Assembly (NCBI RefSeq): GCF_001194135.2
Contig: NC_068988.1
Location: 16,160,350-16,224,349, forward strand
DNA from: Octopus bimaculoides
Lineage: Eukaryota
Length of the DNA stretch: 64,000 nucleotides
Reading direction: 5' to 3'
Shown: piece after piece, positions 22,981 through 34,915 of the stretch
Layout: each line of letters begins with the position of its first letter
Position numbering within the stretch: the stretch's first letter is position 1
Program-made: the position numbers and the translations under genes
The notes under the pieces: model-generated
The model's database searches: none
Seen by the model: only the letters and a program-made list of their open reading frames with translations
What the model was told of the DNA's origin: nothing

Positions 22981-23538
22981 ACGTGTCCCAAACGTCGGTA
23001 ATGGGTTTCACTTTCTAATAACTTCCTTAACGTTACAAATAAGTGCAAGAAATTTTCATAAGATATAAAGGGCATAATTGAAATTAATATGCACTAGTCA
23101 AATCCGGGTTGGTCAAGTCTGGGGAACATGAAGGCCAGTTGACATTGCCGTAGCGGGAGATTTTTCTTTCTCCACACCACAGCCGGAGCAACTGAAGTGT
23201 TTCTCTCGCGGTATGAGTAGTTGTTTTATCTTGCTGGAATCATATGTGAGGTCTAGTTTGAACGTCCTTCACGGTCTCCAGACTTTCTTGTGGGGATACC
23301 TGAAAGAGAGCGTTTATATCAACAAACCGGAGAAGCTTGTGCAACTGAAGGTGAACATCAATAGGGAAATACTCGTCAAGTGGAGTAAAAGAATGAGAAT
23401 CGGTCCATGTAAACGTTTCAGGTTTTGGAAAGAAAGCGGACGTGCTAAGCCGAAATGGCTGCCATTTAAGCGATGTCATTTTTGAATAAGTGTTGTAGTG
23501 TTGTTGCAAAACTTGACTTGTGCATATAAATTTCCATT
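22979..23538. mobile_element. Rearranged Tc1/mariner DD41D (rosa-like) transposon relic
   Basis: Minus piece 23270-23100 reads *FQQDKTTTHTARETLQLLRLWCGERKISRYGNVNWPSCSPDLTNPDF (D-41-D); plus piece from ~23277 reads PDF.LWGYLKESVYINKP...HLSDVIFE*; TIR-like TACAACGTGTCCCAAA at 22977. Confidence 0.85.
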
Positions 23539-23550
23539 CAGACACAGCAG

Positions 23551-23581
<31 letters not shown>

Positions 23582-23692
23582 GACATTCCGTATTCCCGAG
23601 CGTCATACTAATACATCCTTTTGTTGTTTACACCACCTGTCCTCGTGTGTTGTTTTTTTCGTACATTCTCCCATATATATATATATATATAT

Positions 23693-24495
23693 NNNNNNNN
23701 NNNNNNNNNNNNNNNNNNNNNNNNNNNNNNNNNNNNNNNNNNNNNNNNNNNNNNNNNNNNNNNNNNNNNNNNNNNNNNNNNNNNNNNNNNNNNNNNNNNN
23801 NNNNNNNNNNNNNNNNNNNNNNNNNNNNNNNNNNNNNNNNNNNNNNNNNNNNNNNNNNNNNNNNNNNNNNNNNNNNNNNNNNNNNNNNNNNNNNNNNNNN
23901 NNNNNNNNNNNNNNNNNNNNNNNNNNNNNNNNNNNNNNNNNNNNNNNNNNNNNNNNNNNNNNNNNNNNNNNNNNNNNNNNNNNNNNNNNNNNNNNNNNNN
24001 NNNNNNNNNNNNNNNNNNNNNNNNNNNNNNNNNNNNNNNNNNNNNNNNNNNNNNNNNNNNNNNNNNNNNNNNNNNNNNNNNNNNNNNNNNNNNNNNNNNN
24101 NNNNNNNNNNNNNNNNNNNNNNNNNNNNNNNNNNNNNNNNNNNNNNNNNNNNNNNNNNNNNNNNNNNNNNNNNNNNNNNNNNNNNNNNNNNNNNNNNNNN
24201 NNNNNNNNNNNNNNNNNNNNNNNNNNNNNNNNNNNNNNNNNNNNNNNNNNNNNNNNNNNNNNNNNNNNNNNNNNNNNNNNNNNNNNNNNNNNNNNNNNNN
24301 NNNNNNNNNNNNNNNNNNNNNNNNNNNNNNNNNNNNNNNNNNNNNNNNNNNNNNNNNNNNNNNNNNNNNNNNNNNNNNNNNNNNNNNNNNNNNNNNNNNN
24401 NNNNNNNNNNNNNNNNNNNNNNNNNNNNNNNNNNNNNNNNNNNNNNNNNNNNNNNNNNNNNNNNNNNNNNNNNNNNNNNNNNNNNNNNNNNNNNN
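23693..24495. other. Largest of 15 assembly gaps in the window
   Basis: N run; most gaps are flanked by (AT)n, typical of short-read scaffolding. Confidence 0.99.
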
Positions 24496-25028
24496 ATATA
24501 TACATATATATATACATATATATAAGTGTATGTAGATCTATATTAACATATATATGCACACACATAATAGATACATATATACATATATATACACACACAC
24601 ACATGATCAATAATACAATCACACATACGTACGTCACACGATACATCAAATCAAGTGCATTGAAGTGGATGTATTTATCGCCAAATTTTTGAGCCAATTA
24701 GACAATTATACATATAACCGTGAATCAGATAGAAACAATATTTTCAGTGAAAACCTACAGAAGTGCCGATCACTGATACACAACGTAAAGGAAATTATCT
24801 CGTAGTACGGCTTCCACTACGAAACTTAGTTCTAAGCACTTTAATACTCGTCAAGTGGAGTAAAAGAATGAGAATCTCTCCATGAAAACGAATAGGTATA
24901 TATAGCTACTCGTAATGTAAAATATGGGTATAAATATTATATTCAACTTGATAAAACCCTCTCATGTCAAAATGTTTGTCATGGAAATAGCTTTTGAGGA
25001 GAGTATATGGTAATATACATTCTGTAAT

Positions 25029-25409
25029 GGAGGCGCAATGGTCCAGTGGTTAGGGCAGCGGACTCGCGGTCATAGGATCGCGGTTTCGATTCCCAGATCG
25101 GGCGTTGTGAGTGTTTATTGAGCGAAAACACCTAAAGCACCACAAAGCTCCGGCAACGGATGGTGGCGAACCCTGCTGTACTCTTTCACCACAACTTTCT
25201 CTCACTCTTACTTCCTGTTACTGTTGTGCCTGTAATTCAAAAGGGCCAGCATTGTCACACTGTGTCACGCTGAATATCCCGAGAACTACGTTAAGGGTAC
25301 ACATGTCTGTGGAGTCCTCAGCCACTTGCACGTTAATTTCACGAGCAGGCTGTTCCGTTGATCGGATCAACTGGAATCCCCGACGTCGTAAGAGACGGAG
25401 TGCCAACAG
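25029..25409 (+). mobile_element. Full-length tRNA-derived SINE, family E, with 11 bp TSD
   Basis: Exact TSD cattctgtaat at 25018-25028 and 25410-25420; head GGAGGCGCAATGGTCCAGTGGTTAGG...GGTTTCGATTCCC; tail GACGGAGTGCCAACAG. Confidence 0.92.
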
Positions 25410-25815
25410 CATTCTGTAATAAAACGCACACATATACTTCATCTGGTGCACTGCAATGATTTTCAGTGAGCTTTTCTTGTTCTTTTTGCATATTTTAGTC
25501 TAAAATACATCCCTAAAATTTTATCACCTTATCAGAAACGAAATTTAGGCTAAAGGTTGGTATTAATTTTTATGTGATTTTGTGTGCCTGGGTCAGAGTA
25601 TGTGTGAGTATTATTATATTTTCCCCTCCCAGTATTTATCATTAAATATTTTGTTATAAGTATGTTACAGACGCAGGCATAGCTTTGCGTTTAATAAGTT
25701 AGGCAGAGACAGTTTCAGCTTCACGAATTGCATAATTCTGCCATAATCTTCTATGGAATATGAGTGAGATGACGTAATCCATATATTATATGAACTAATT
25801 ATCCATATCAGCTCA

Positions 25816-25816
<1 letters not shown>

Positions 25817-25894
<78 letters not shown>

Positions 25895-26090
25895 TTAGCT
25901 TGCTAGCTTTCTGTCTGCTTGTCTATCTTGTCTGTCTTCTTGTCTGTCTCTCTGAATGTCTATCAATCTGTCTGTCTGCCTGCCTATCTGTCTGCCTGCC
26001 TATCTGTCTGCCTGCTTGCCTATCTGTCTGCCTGCCTATCTGTCTGCCTATCTGCCTGGTTTATTTGTCTGGTTTCTCTATGTATGTATG

Positions 26091-26177
<87 letters not shown>

Positions 26178-26260
26178 CTATGTGTATTTATGTGTATGTA
26201 TACACGTATGTATGTATGTATGTATGTATGTATGTATGTATGTATGTATGTATGTATGTA
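25817..26260. repeat. Compound microsatellite (ATCT)n/(CTGY)n/(CA)n/(TATG)n
   Basis: Direct reading. Confidence 0.95.
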
Positions 26261-26759
26261 TGTGTGTATGTGTTTGTACGTGCGTACGTGCGTATCCATA
26301 CGTATATGCATGTATTCGTGTGTGGTTGACGTCTGTTTATCCTACTTTCGGGCCAACACATTGTTTTCCTGGTGTTTATTACAAACATTTATTTTGCTTT
26401 GTTTAAGTTTTTCATTGTTTTTCATCTTAATTTTCAGCCTTGACTAATATTAATCTTTTCATATAACATTTATCATTATATTACAATGAAAATTTATGTG
26501 AGTTACTCTCATATATTTCTGAAGCAAAGCCGACCTTGATCTCAGGATTAACGGTGCCTCGTTTTGTTTTTCCATCTTTATTCTAATCACTCCTCATTCT
26601 CGTTTCTATTTTGTTTCCCTCCTTGGATTTGCCCATTTTCATTATAACTACTATTCTTGCTCCCAAAATATATTAATATCTTGTTTTGATTTTGTTTTTT
26701 TCTCCCCATCTACTTCCTTCTCTTCTTTCTCCCCGTCTTCCTCGTCCCCCTCTCCTCCA

Positions 26760-26796
<37 letters not shown>

Positions 26797-26863
26797 GTCA
26801 TCATCACTTATTTTCGATACGGTTATTTTAAGACAATTGTTTTGTTTGCTAAGGAGACTTTCC

Positions 26864-26964
26864 GATGCCTGGTCGAGTAGGAGAACGCCGCTGCATTCAT
26901 GAAAACTGCGGGCGCGAGCCCAGGTGAAGCCGACCGCGGTGCAGATCTCAGTGGTAGTAGCAAA
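26864..26964 (+). pseudogene. ~100 bp diverged 28S rRNA fragment (not a functional rRNA gene)
   Basis: CGAGTAGGAG..CGCCGCTGC...GGGCGCGAGCCCAGGTGAAGCCG.CCGCGGTGCAGATCTCAGTGGTAGTAGCAAA parallels the conserved eukaryotic LSU segment ending GGTGCAGATCTTGGTGGTAGTAGCAAA(TATTC). Confidence 0.8.
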
Positions 26965-27135
26965 CTGCACCGAACAAAATGCCTTGCAATATTTCTTTGC
27001 ATTCATTACGATCTGGAGTTCAAATTCCTACGAAGCTTTGCCTTTCATACTTCCGTGGTTGATGAAATAAGTAAACACCAGGGATCAAAGTAATCGACCA
27101 GCTCCCTCCCGGAACTTACCAGTCTTGTGTCAAAA
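26965..27135 (+). mobile_element. Head-truncated family A SINE abutting the 28S fragment
   Basis: gcaccgaacaaaatgcc...ggagttcaaattcc...gcctttcatacttccgtggttgatgaaataagta...taatcgacc...agtcttgtg. Confidence 0.75.
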
Positions 27136-27136
27136 T

Positions 27137-28812
27137 TATCATCAGCCCGGGCGTGTGCGTGTTATTCGAGTCGAAGCAGATGTGTGCGGAATTTCAACAG
27201 TACTTTCTGCATTGAACGGCAGGCGTAGCGTTTCCGAGACGTGGATGAATTTTACAACCAACCTCGATGGCCAGTCATGACTTCGGGCTAGGAATGCGGA
27301 GTTTTGCAACATGCCATTAACAACCAACGACATACGTGACGATATGTTTGGTTGCATAAAGGAAAATTCTCTGGGATTGGATGATGTTCTGCCAAGAGCT
27401 TGGCGTACCGGACAGACGAACCAGCTAAATTATTCGAGGACTAGTTTGATCCTGACCTCCAGGTGTACAAGAACTGGAATGAGTTGTCGGAAGGGCGGCC
27501 AGTCTCATCCAGAAATGGTCCGAGAAGAAGCTGCACCTGAAAGATCGGTCGGAGGTGGCAAATGCAGACGTCACCTCTGTCGTATACTACTGCTTGATCG
27601 TCATCCTTGCTCTGCTTCATTACTCACCAAGCTGGAGCGATTAGCCTTATATTTCCTGTGGAAAAGTTCCGCTAGCACGACGGTCCATCTGTTGTTAACA
27701 GCCGTTACGTGAAGGAATGGACATGCCGTGGATAATGATGCGCAGACATGAGTTGAGGCTACGACAATCCAGCGATTCCTTGATCATTGCTTGTCAAACA
27801 GGATTTTCAACAACTTTGTCTCATTGACGGGACTGCAATCTTTAATCACTCGTAGACCGAGTCAAGGCGTTTGGCACCTGGAATGTCGCAAAGCACTCAC
27901 CGTCATCAGCCAGTCGGGCACAGTTGTCGGTGGGTTTTCTACCTTGGAGTTCTATAAGGTATTAGTGTCGGGCAACAACTTCCTCAGGCAAACCGCTAGT
28001 CGTCGAGGAGGTCATTTGGTAGGACTTTTTCGGAAGATTTTCTGGATGGAGCTGTGGGATAATTTCCAGAACTCCCTGGCTAGTCGGGCTACTGGATTGC
28101 ACTGCCGGTTCCAGATAAGCTCTACAGACATGGAAGTGCTCTCGGATATGTTTTATTGGAGTTGCGTGCGATGAAACAGTTCTGCATTCCCTTTCCCGTA
28201 TCCAGGCATTACTAACTTGTGGAGTTTTGTCAAACAGCTCTTACCGCAAGTAGGTGGAATCCGACTCGCGGCCGAGTCCATCATGAGAATCGCCCCGATT
28301 CATTTCTTCAGCCAGGAAGGGCAGGTAAATTTCCTTTGCATGGTGACTATGACCAAAGAAGCAGTGTGGAATGAACTGAAGATATATACTTTCGTCTTTA
28401 ACCAAGCACTCATCGATTTTTTTCGAAGTTTCATTTGGAAAGGAAAGAGAGTCTGGAAAGGGAGGCGTTGCACCCCAATATTTTTGTTGAAAGGTGCGTG
28501 AATGTGACACGGATAGTCAGCATGAATACGCTTAATCTCAGTGTGCGAATGTCGGCCGGAGGGTATTGGTGGGAGTAGAATATCAGCCAGAGTTTCCCTT
28601 TGTGATCGGGGTGTTCAGGACGTGTGAGGTTCCTTGGTTGCCCCTTGGTGGTACTCCTCACGCTTCGGAAGTTTTCTTAATCTTTATCATTTTATTGTTA
28701 ATCATTATTCCTTTATTGTTTAGATATCTTTTATGTGAACCTTGGCTGTCCTTCGTTTTGTATTGTCCATTGTGTTTGATGTGCAGTCGTTGTGGCTAAT
28801 GAAGACGGAATG

Positions 28813-28863
<51 letters not shown>
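27137..28863 (+). mobile_element. L1/Tx1-clade LINE relic (ORF2 part with RT core deleted, zinc-finger region, 3' UTR, (ATT)n end)
   Basis: Fragments MCAEFQQYF, NAEFCNMPLTTNDIRDDMFGCIKENSLGLDD (decayed KSPGLDG), TDEPAKLF..FDPDLQVYKNWNE, SLIQKWSEKKLHLKDRSEVAN, LLTKLER..FLWK, DNFQNSLA, ALPVPDKLYRHG, DETVLH, LWSFVKQLL; ends aatgaagacggaatg(att)n. Confidence 0.85.
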
Positions 28864-28864
<1 letters not shown>

Positions 28865-29019
28865 CACTTTTGCCAATTCTTTAAAGACTTCTGCGTTTTA
28901 TTTTTGTTATGTTTTTCTATTTCTTCCTGTTTGTTTCTCTTCTTAATAGCCTTCTTTTTATCCCCCTTCTTCATATCGTATCAACGTTCGCTTACTCTTC
29001 TCCTTTTAATATACATTCC

Positions 29020-29287
29020 TCATCACCATCATCACCATCTTCTTCTTCTTCTTCTTCTTCTTCTTCTTCTTCTCCTCCTCCTCCTCCTTCTTCTTCTTCT
29101 TCTTCTCCTCCTTCTTCTTTTCTTCTTTTTCTTCTTCTTCTTCTTCTTCTTCTTCTTCTTCTTCTCCTCCTCCTCCTTCTTCTTCTTCTTCTTCTTCTTC
29201 TCCTCCTTCTTCTTTTCTTCTTCTTCTTCTTCTTCTTCTTCTTCTTCTTCTTCTTCTTCTTCTTCTTCTTCTTCTTCTTCTTCTTCT

Positions 29288-29318
<31 letters not shown>
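29020..29318. repeat. Compound trinucleotide microsatellite CAY/(CTT)n/(CCT)n/(CGT)n
   Basis: Direct reading. Confidence 0.97.
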
Positions 29319-31649
29319 AGAAGTCCTTCTTTATTAATTTCTTCAGTTTATTTTATTTTTTTTATCCAGCCTCCCGCTTTTATTTTCGTCATTTATAATT
29401 CCTATAAATTTCTAACAGTTGCTCTATGTTGTAGAGTTTGAAAACATAAACGAGCAATTACGTTCCTTAAACACAACTTCAAAGACAGATTCGACGTCAG
29501 TTTGGTTCCAAGGAACCTGCGTGTGCAGCTTCCTTCATCTTTCACATATGTTATTACCGGTCAAAGATGGCGTGCACACTATTCATTCTCATGTGTGTGT
29601 GTGTGTATGTGTGTAAGTGTGTTTGCGCGTGTGTATGTGTCCGTGTATGTGTGTCTGTGCAAGTTATGGAAACTAAAAATATTCTATTTTAGATGTTTGT
29701 TTCTTCTGGCTTAGTTACCTCTCTTATTAACTTCTATGATATTTAAGTAATAATAAAAAGAGATGAACACACATAAATTACATAATACCAGACAATAAAA
29801 ATATCCTATGTTGCTTTCAAATGCCAGTATTATTTTCCTTTTTAATACGTTGGTAATTCTTTTCTTGCATTATTCAAATACAACTTTTGTTTTTGCTCAT
29901 ATAATACATAAAACAGAAAAATACTGTTTGGGAGAGTTAACAGAGCTTCATACAAACATTGTTTTCCCTCTTTGTATTATAAATTATTTGATTCGTTGAA
30001 AATGTATTGAAACAAACTTTGTTGGAATATAAGGAATACAATGACGTTTTATTCCAGAAATCTGAGTCTCATTTAGAAATTTTCTTGACCCTCACAAAGA
30101 GAATATAGGCTCTTCGTTGAAGTTAGCTAAGTGTTGTCTCTAAACCCCTTGTAGTTTGGAAACACCAATTAGCTGGTCCAAGAATTCATTCAGAACAATG
30201 ACATTTTGGTTCAATATTAATTGATTTAATTGTATGTTTTTCTATGACGAACCAACGCACAACCATGTCGTTTCTCTTCGCCACCAAGAGTCAGAATTAT
30301 CCTTTTCTCTTTCTATGCGGTTTCTTCCTCTGAAACTTGCTCTAAAACTTGAAGATATGGAACTATAAATATACTACATAAAATTGTTAGCTTTGAGTAA
30401 AGCTATTTTTCTGGCTGATTTACAAAATCCCCGTCCTATAATCATTCAGTACATATTCGTTGTAAACATGATATTCTTTGTGTAAATAAAGTTGGCAGCT
30501 TTATCAAAAATTCCAATTCTTGTCAATAATAGAAAGGAATTTTGGATTATGGAAAATAAATTTCGACTTGTATCTTTGAACAAAAGACATCTACTGCTGT
30601 ATAATCATATAACAGATTTTCCTAGAGGCCACGTACACGAAAAATAGAAGAGCTTTTAAGTACCATTCTTTCAGAGTATATCCCATAATAAGGCACTATT
30701 TATATCTTAGTTAATTCGAAATATTACTCCACAAAACATATTCCATCTTTCCATTAGTTGGAACTGCTTATATATCAGTTTTTGAGTAATATATTTGGCA
30801 TGAATTTTATGTATGTTGAACCAATACAGTTTAGCGAACGAAGGCGACTAAGAAGACAATTCGGAAACGAAATGTAATTTCACGATGCCCCATCTAGGCC
30901 ATGTTACGCTGTAATATAACATATATAGGTGAGCTAATTGATAGAGTTACTAATGTTTCATAGCATTTGATTCAACTCTACACTTTGAGTTCATATCCTG
31001 CCGGACTCAGTATTACCTTAGATTATTTTAGCGTCAATAAAACGTATAAATCCAGATTCCAGAGTGTTACATTGGCAAGTATATAAGAAACGAACACTGA
31101 ATGCATTAAATTCTTTCTTCCGACTATTGAGTTCTGAGTTCAAATCCTTTTATGGCTTATATGGTGTTAGACTTCATTTGTCACCCGCTTTAAGACCACA
31201 ATCTGACACCTTGAGTGCTTTTAGCTTACCAAGTCGCTGGCAAGGGTACTGTCATCTTACCTCTCCCAGACTTGGTGTCTCTGTAATGGATCTATCATCA
31301 GCTTTACCATCGTTCCTGGCTAAATGATAAAAATAGATATGACAATTTAAAGCGTGAGAAATAAATTCCTTGTTAAAATTAATTCATTATTAATTATGGA
31401 CTTCGTATTTTTAATAAAAACAATGACAGAGTTATATAAATACGCATGCGCATAAACATATATACATGTGTGTGCAAGTGAGAGAATTTCTACAAAAAGC
31501 ATGTTCGTGTATGTGTGCGCGTTCATGTAGGTGCATCTATATGTCTATCTATGTAGTCTTTGTGTTTTACTAGTAATTTAAATACGTAGCATGTTTCCAC
31601 TATTTTAGTTGTAGTAAAAATTGTCACACACAATTAAAACTACTAATTA

Positions 31650-31650
<1 letters not shown>

Positions 31651-31694
<44 letters not shown>

Positions 31695-31745
31695 TAGTAG
31701 AAGTACTAGTAATAGGAGTAATAGCAGCAGTAGCAGCAGCAGAAA
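31651..31745. repeat. (AGT)n/(AGC) microsatellite
   Basis: Direct reading. Confidence 0.92.
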
Positions 31746-32460
31746 CTGTAGCAACAACATTAATATACAATTAAGACGTGAATCAAGACAACTTGAGGAA
31801 GTTAACAATGGACAGGATGTGATTGTTTAACAATTAAGGAAATTGGGCTGGAGCATTTTACTTAAGGCTTCACATCCTGCATTGAGATACGAAAATTAAA
31901 TTCGATTAAATAAAACAAAGACACACACACGCACATACTCCCCCTTCTACCTCTCTCTTACATGCATACACAGACAATGCACAAAAGTTTTTAATTATGT
32001 ATCCTATGCATTCAGGAACGGTGATATCGTCTCGAAAACTTTGTAAAACCTTAGCCTTTGTTTAAACGCATTGTTAACTACATACAGATATCACATACGT
32101 GGTTACCATAAGCAATTTATAAATAGTATATTGATAAATCTAATATTTAAGTGTACTGTGTAGATTCCTAAACATAATACCAATAACAATAAATGAATAA
32201 AAAGAAATAATAAAAAGGAAAACAAGTGAAGGATAACAAAAGAAAGCTACGGCTGAACCAACTAATAATAAAGACGAAATAAACACCAGCAGTAGAACAA
32301 TATCAATACTGCTTGGATACAGAATAATTTCAACAGCGTTATAGTATATTCAACACCTCAGCTTTTTCGATATTAATACCAAAATACAAAATAACTGTGC
32401 AACAAAGCTGTAGCAACAATTAGAATTATAACAATCGGTAATAAAATATTCTTTAAAGGT

Positions 32461-33142
32461 AGGTACAAGGCCTGAAATTTATGGGGAGTGAGTTAGTCGA
32501 TTAGATCTACCCCAGTGTTCGACTGATAGTTATTCTATTGACCCCGAAAGGACTAAAGGCAAAGTCGACATCGGCAGGTATTTGAAATCCGAATACAAAA
32601 CGGATGAAATGTCACTAAACATCTTGTACGGCGTGCTAGCAGTTCTACCAGCTTGCTGCCTTAATCGGTGATAGAATATCCATTTTATTATAAACACAAT
32701 GCTTGATATATTAGGGGAGGGGTGGGAGGGGGCTAGTCGATTATATCGACACCGGTGTGCGACTGGTATTTATTTCTTCAAGGATGAAAGCAAATTCGAC
32801 CACGGGGTGATGTGAACTAAGAATATAAAAGACGGACGAAATGCTGCTCAGCATCTTGACCGACGTGCTAACGGTTGAACTAAGCTACTGCTCTAATCGG
32901 TAATAGAATATCTTCTTTTATTACAAACCCAAGGTGTGAAATGTTGGCGAAGGGGACTAGCGATTACAAAGATCTCAATTTGAAATTGGCATTTATTTTA
33001 ACGACCCCGAAACGATGAAACGCAAAGTCGACCTCGGCAGAATCTAAACTCAGAAGGTAAAGACATGCAACGTCGCAAAGCAGTTTATCCGATGTGCTAA
33101 CGGTTTTGCCAGTTGACTGACTTAATCCGTCATAAAATTATC
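32461..33142 (-). mobile_element. Tandem array of three family A SINEs, ~230 bp period
   Basis: Three head-to-tail copies each followed by a related spacer: taatcggtgatagaatatc (32662), taatcggtaatagaatatc (32894), taatccgtcataaaattatc (33123). Confidence 0.87.
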
Positions 33143-33436
33143 AACAACAAACATATTAAGCAAACCTATTTGAAATAGCTACCTTCTTGTTGAATCTAAC
33201 AGAAAAGGTTAAATTGTAGCTAAACCTACTCAATAAAGCTGTCAAAATATCCTTTAATTCACTTCATATCCCGTTAACAAAAACATTACATCGTATATAT
33301 TATGCAATCTTACATAAAGTTTATTGGGATAAAATTGGCGATGTTCATGGTTGAAGGGCATTTGATGAGGGGTTTAATTGACCAGGTTTGACCCCAGGGA
33401 AAACAACAATAACAACAATAAAGTAAAGACAGTCCA

Positions 33437-33748
33437 TTTTATCTTTTACTTGTTTCTGGGGCACCGCCTTGATGAATTTTAGTCAAAAGAATTGAGGCGA
33501 GTCCTTTGTTTTTAATCTGGTAGTTATTTTATCGGTTTCCTTTGCCGAACTGCTTGATAACGAGGCATGAACACACCAGCACCACTATATACACGACGTG
33601 CTTTGTTTTCCAGTTTCCGTTTACCAAATTCACTCATAAGGCTCTGTTCAACCCAGGGCTCTAGTAAAAGTTTCTAGCTCAAGGTGCCATGCAGTGGGAC
33701 GGAAACCAAAACCATGTGGTTGGGAAGCAACGTTCTTAACACTTATCC
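33437..33748 (-). mobile_element. tRNA-derived SINE, family C
   Basis: Reverse complement head TTGCTTCCCAACCACATGGTTTTGGTTTCCGTCCCACTGCATGGCACCTTGAGC; tail GAAACAAGTAAAAGATAAAA. Confidence 0.85.
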
Positions 33749-33780
33749 ATAATTGCGGCAGTGTAGTGGTAATAATGGTT

Positions 33781-34450
33781 TCTACATCAGGCACAACACT
33801 GGAAATTTTTGGAGGAAGATTTTAGTCGGTTAAACCAACTGCAGTTTTTGACTGCTTTTTTACTTTTCTCATACCGAAATGTTGGAAGGTGAAGCTGTCT
33901 TCGGTGCTCAAATTTGAACTAGGGTGATAAAAAGCTCGAAGAAATACCTAAAGGCCTCTTTGAAACGCTCTTATGTTTCTGTCAACCCATTGCCTTACCA
34001 ATAATAGTAATAACTTTCAAAGTTAGACATGGAGGCTACAGTTTCAAGAGAAATATCTTAGTCAGGGAAATTGATCCTAGTAATATAATGATGCTTTATT
34101 TTATCAAACCTACAGGAAAGAAAGACAAAGCTGACCACAGCACTGAAAGTTGAATTCGTAGTATAAAGAGCCAGATCAAATATAAGGTATTCGACGCTCT
34201 AACAAATCTGTCAATCCGTCGTTAGTTAAAATAGAAAGAATTATTTCTGCTGTTGGCACAAAGCCTGAAATTTGGTTGGGTGGGATTTGTCAATTTCATA
34301 GCTCTCAGTGCTTAACTGGTTCTCATTTTTCCGACATCGAAAGGATGACAGGCAAAGTTGACACCGGTGACATTTGAACTTAAACATGATAAAGCTGGAA
34401 GAAATGCCGCTAAGTATTTTGTTCGGCGCTCTAACGATTCTCACTGCCTT
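33781..34450 (-). mobile_element. Second tandem run of three more-diverged family A SINEs
   Basis: Recurring ggcacaa..gaaattt / gaaaggatga..ggcaaagt / tttgaact / ctaacgattc blocks at ~33790, ~34025, ~34255. Confidence 0.75.
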
Positions 34451-34719
34451 AGCAGTAATACGACTGAGCTCACTGCCTAAGCAGTAATACCATCAAACTG
34501 ACAGAAGCCATAACAGTTACACTTGTCATTAGAATAATAAAATGAAATCTAAGTGTTATATCATGATATCAACAAAGAGAAATTAGGAAGTTTAAGTGAT
34601 ATCTTGCCTGAACAATAGTATTAGTAATATCTACAATGACGTCATTAAGACCAAACAGTCGATGTCCAAAGTAAAAATAGCCAAATTAACAATTCTAGAT
34701 AATCTATACTATTGATTTG

Positions 34720-34915
34720 TAACGCTGGAATCATGCCACATATAAAAGAGAGTGTAATCATTCAAGTCGACATCAGCTCTTCCGTGGTACTTCATTTAAA
34801 TGACTCTAGAAAGACGTTGGGCAAAGTTGATTTCAGTTGGATTCGATCTCAGACGAAAAGAACCGTAACCGTGAGGCATTGTGGTCAACATAATTACAAT
34901 TCTGACATTCCACCA
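34720..34915 (-). mobile_element. Degenerate family A SINE
   Basis: gggcaaagttgatttcagttggattcgatctcagacg...caattctgacattccacc. Confidence 0.5.

Noticed and set aside
29900-30820. Repeat-free stretch with a fossil-ORF appearance
   Set aside because: Frequent stops in all frames and no identifiable motif.
32461-33142. CRISPR-like repeat-spacer interpretation of the periodic array
   Set aside because: Unit is ~230 bp and is a SINE; eukaryotic context; no cas genes.
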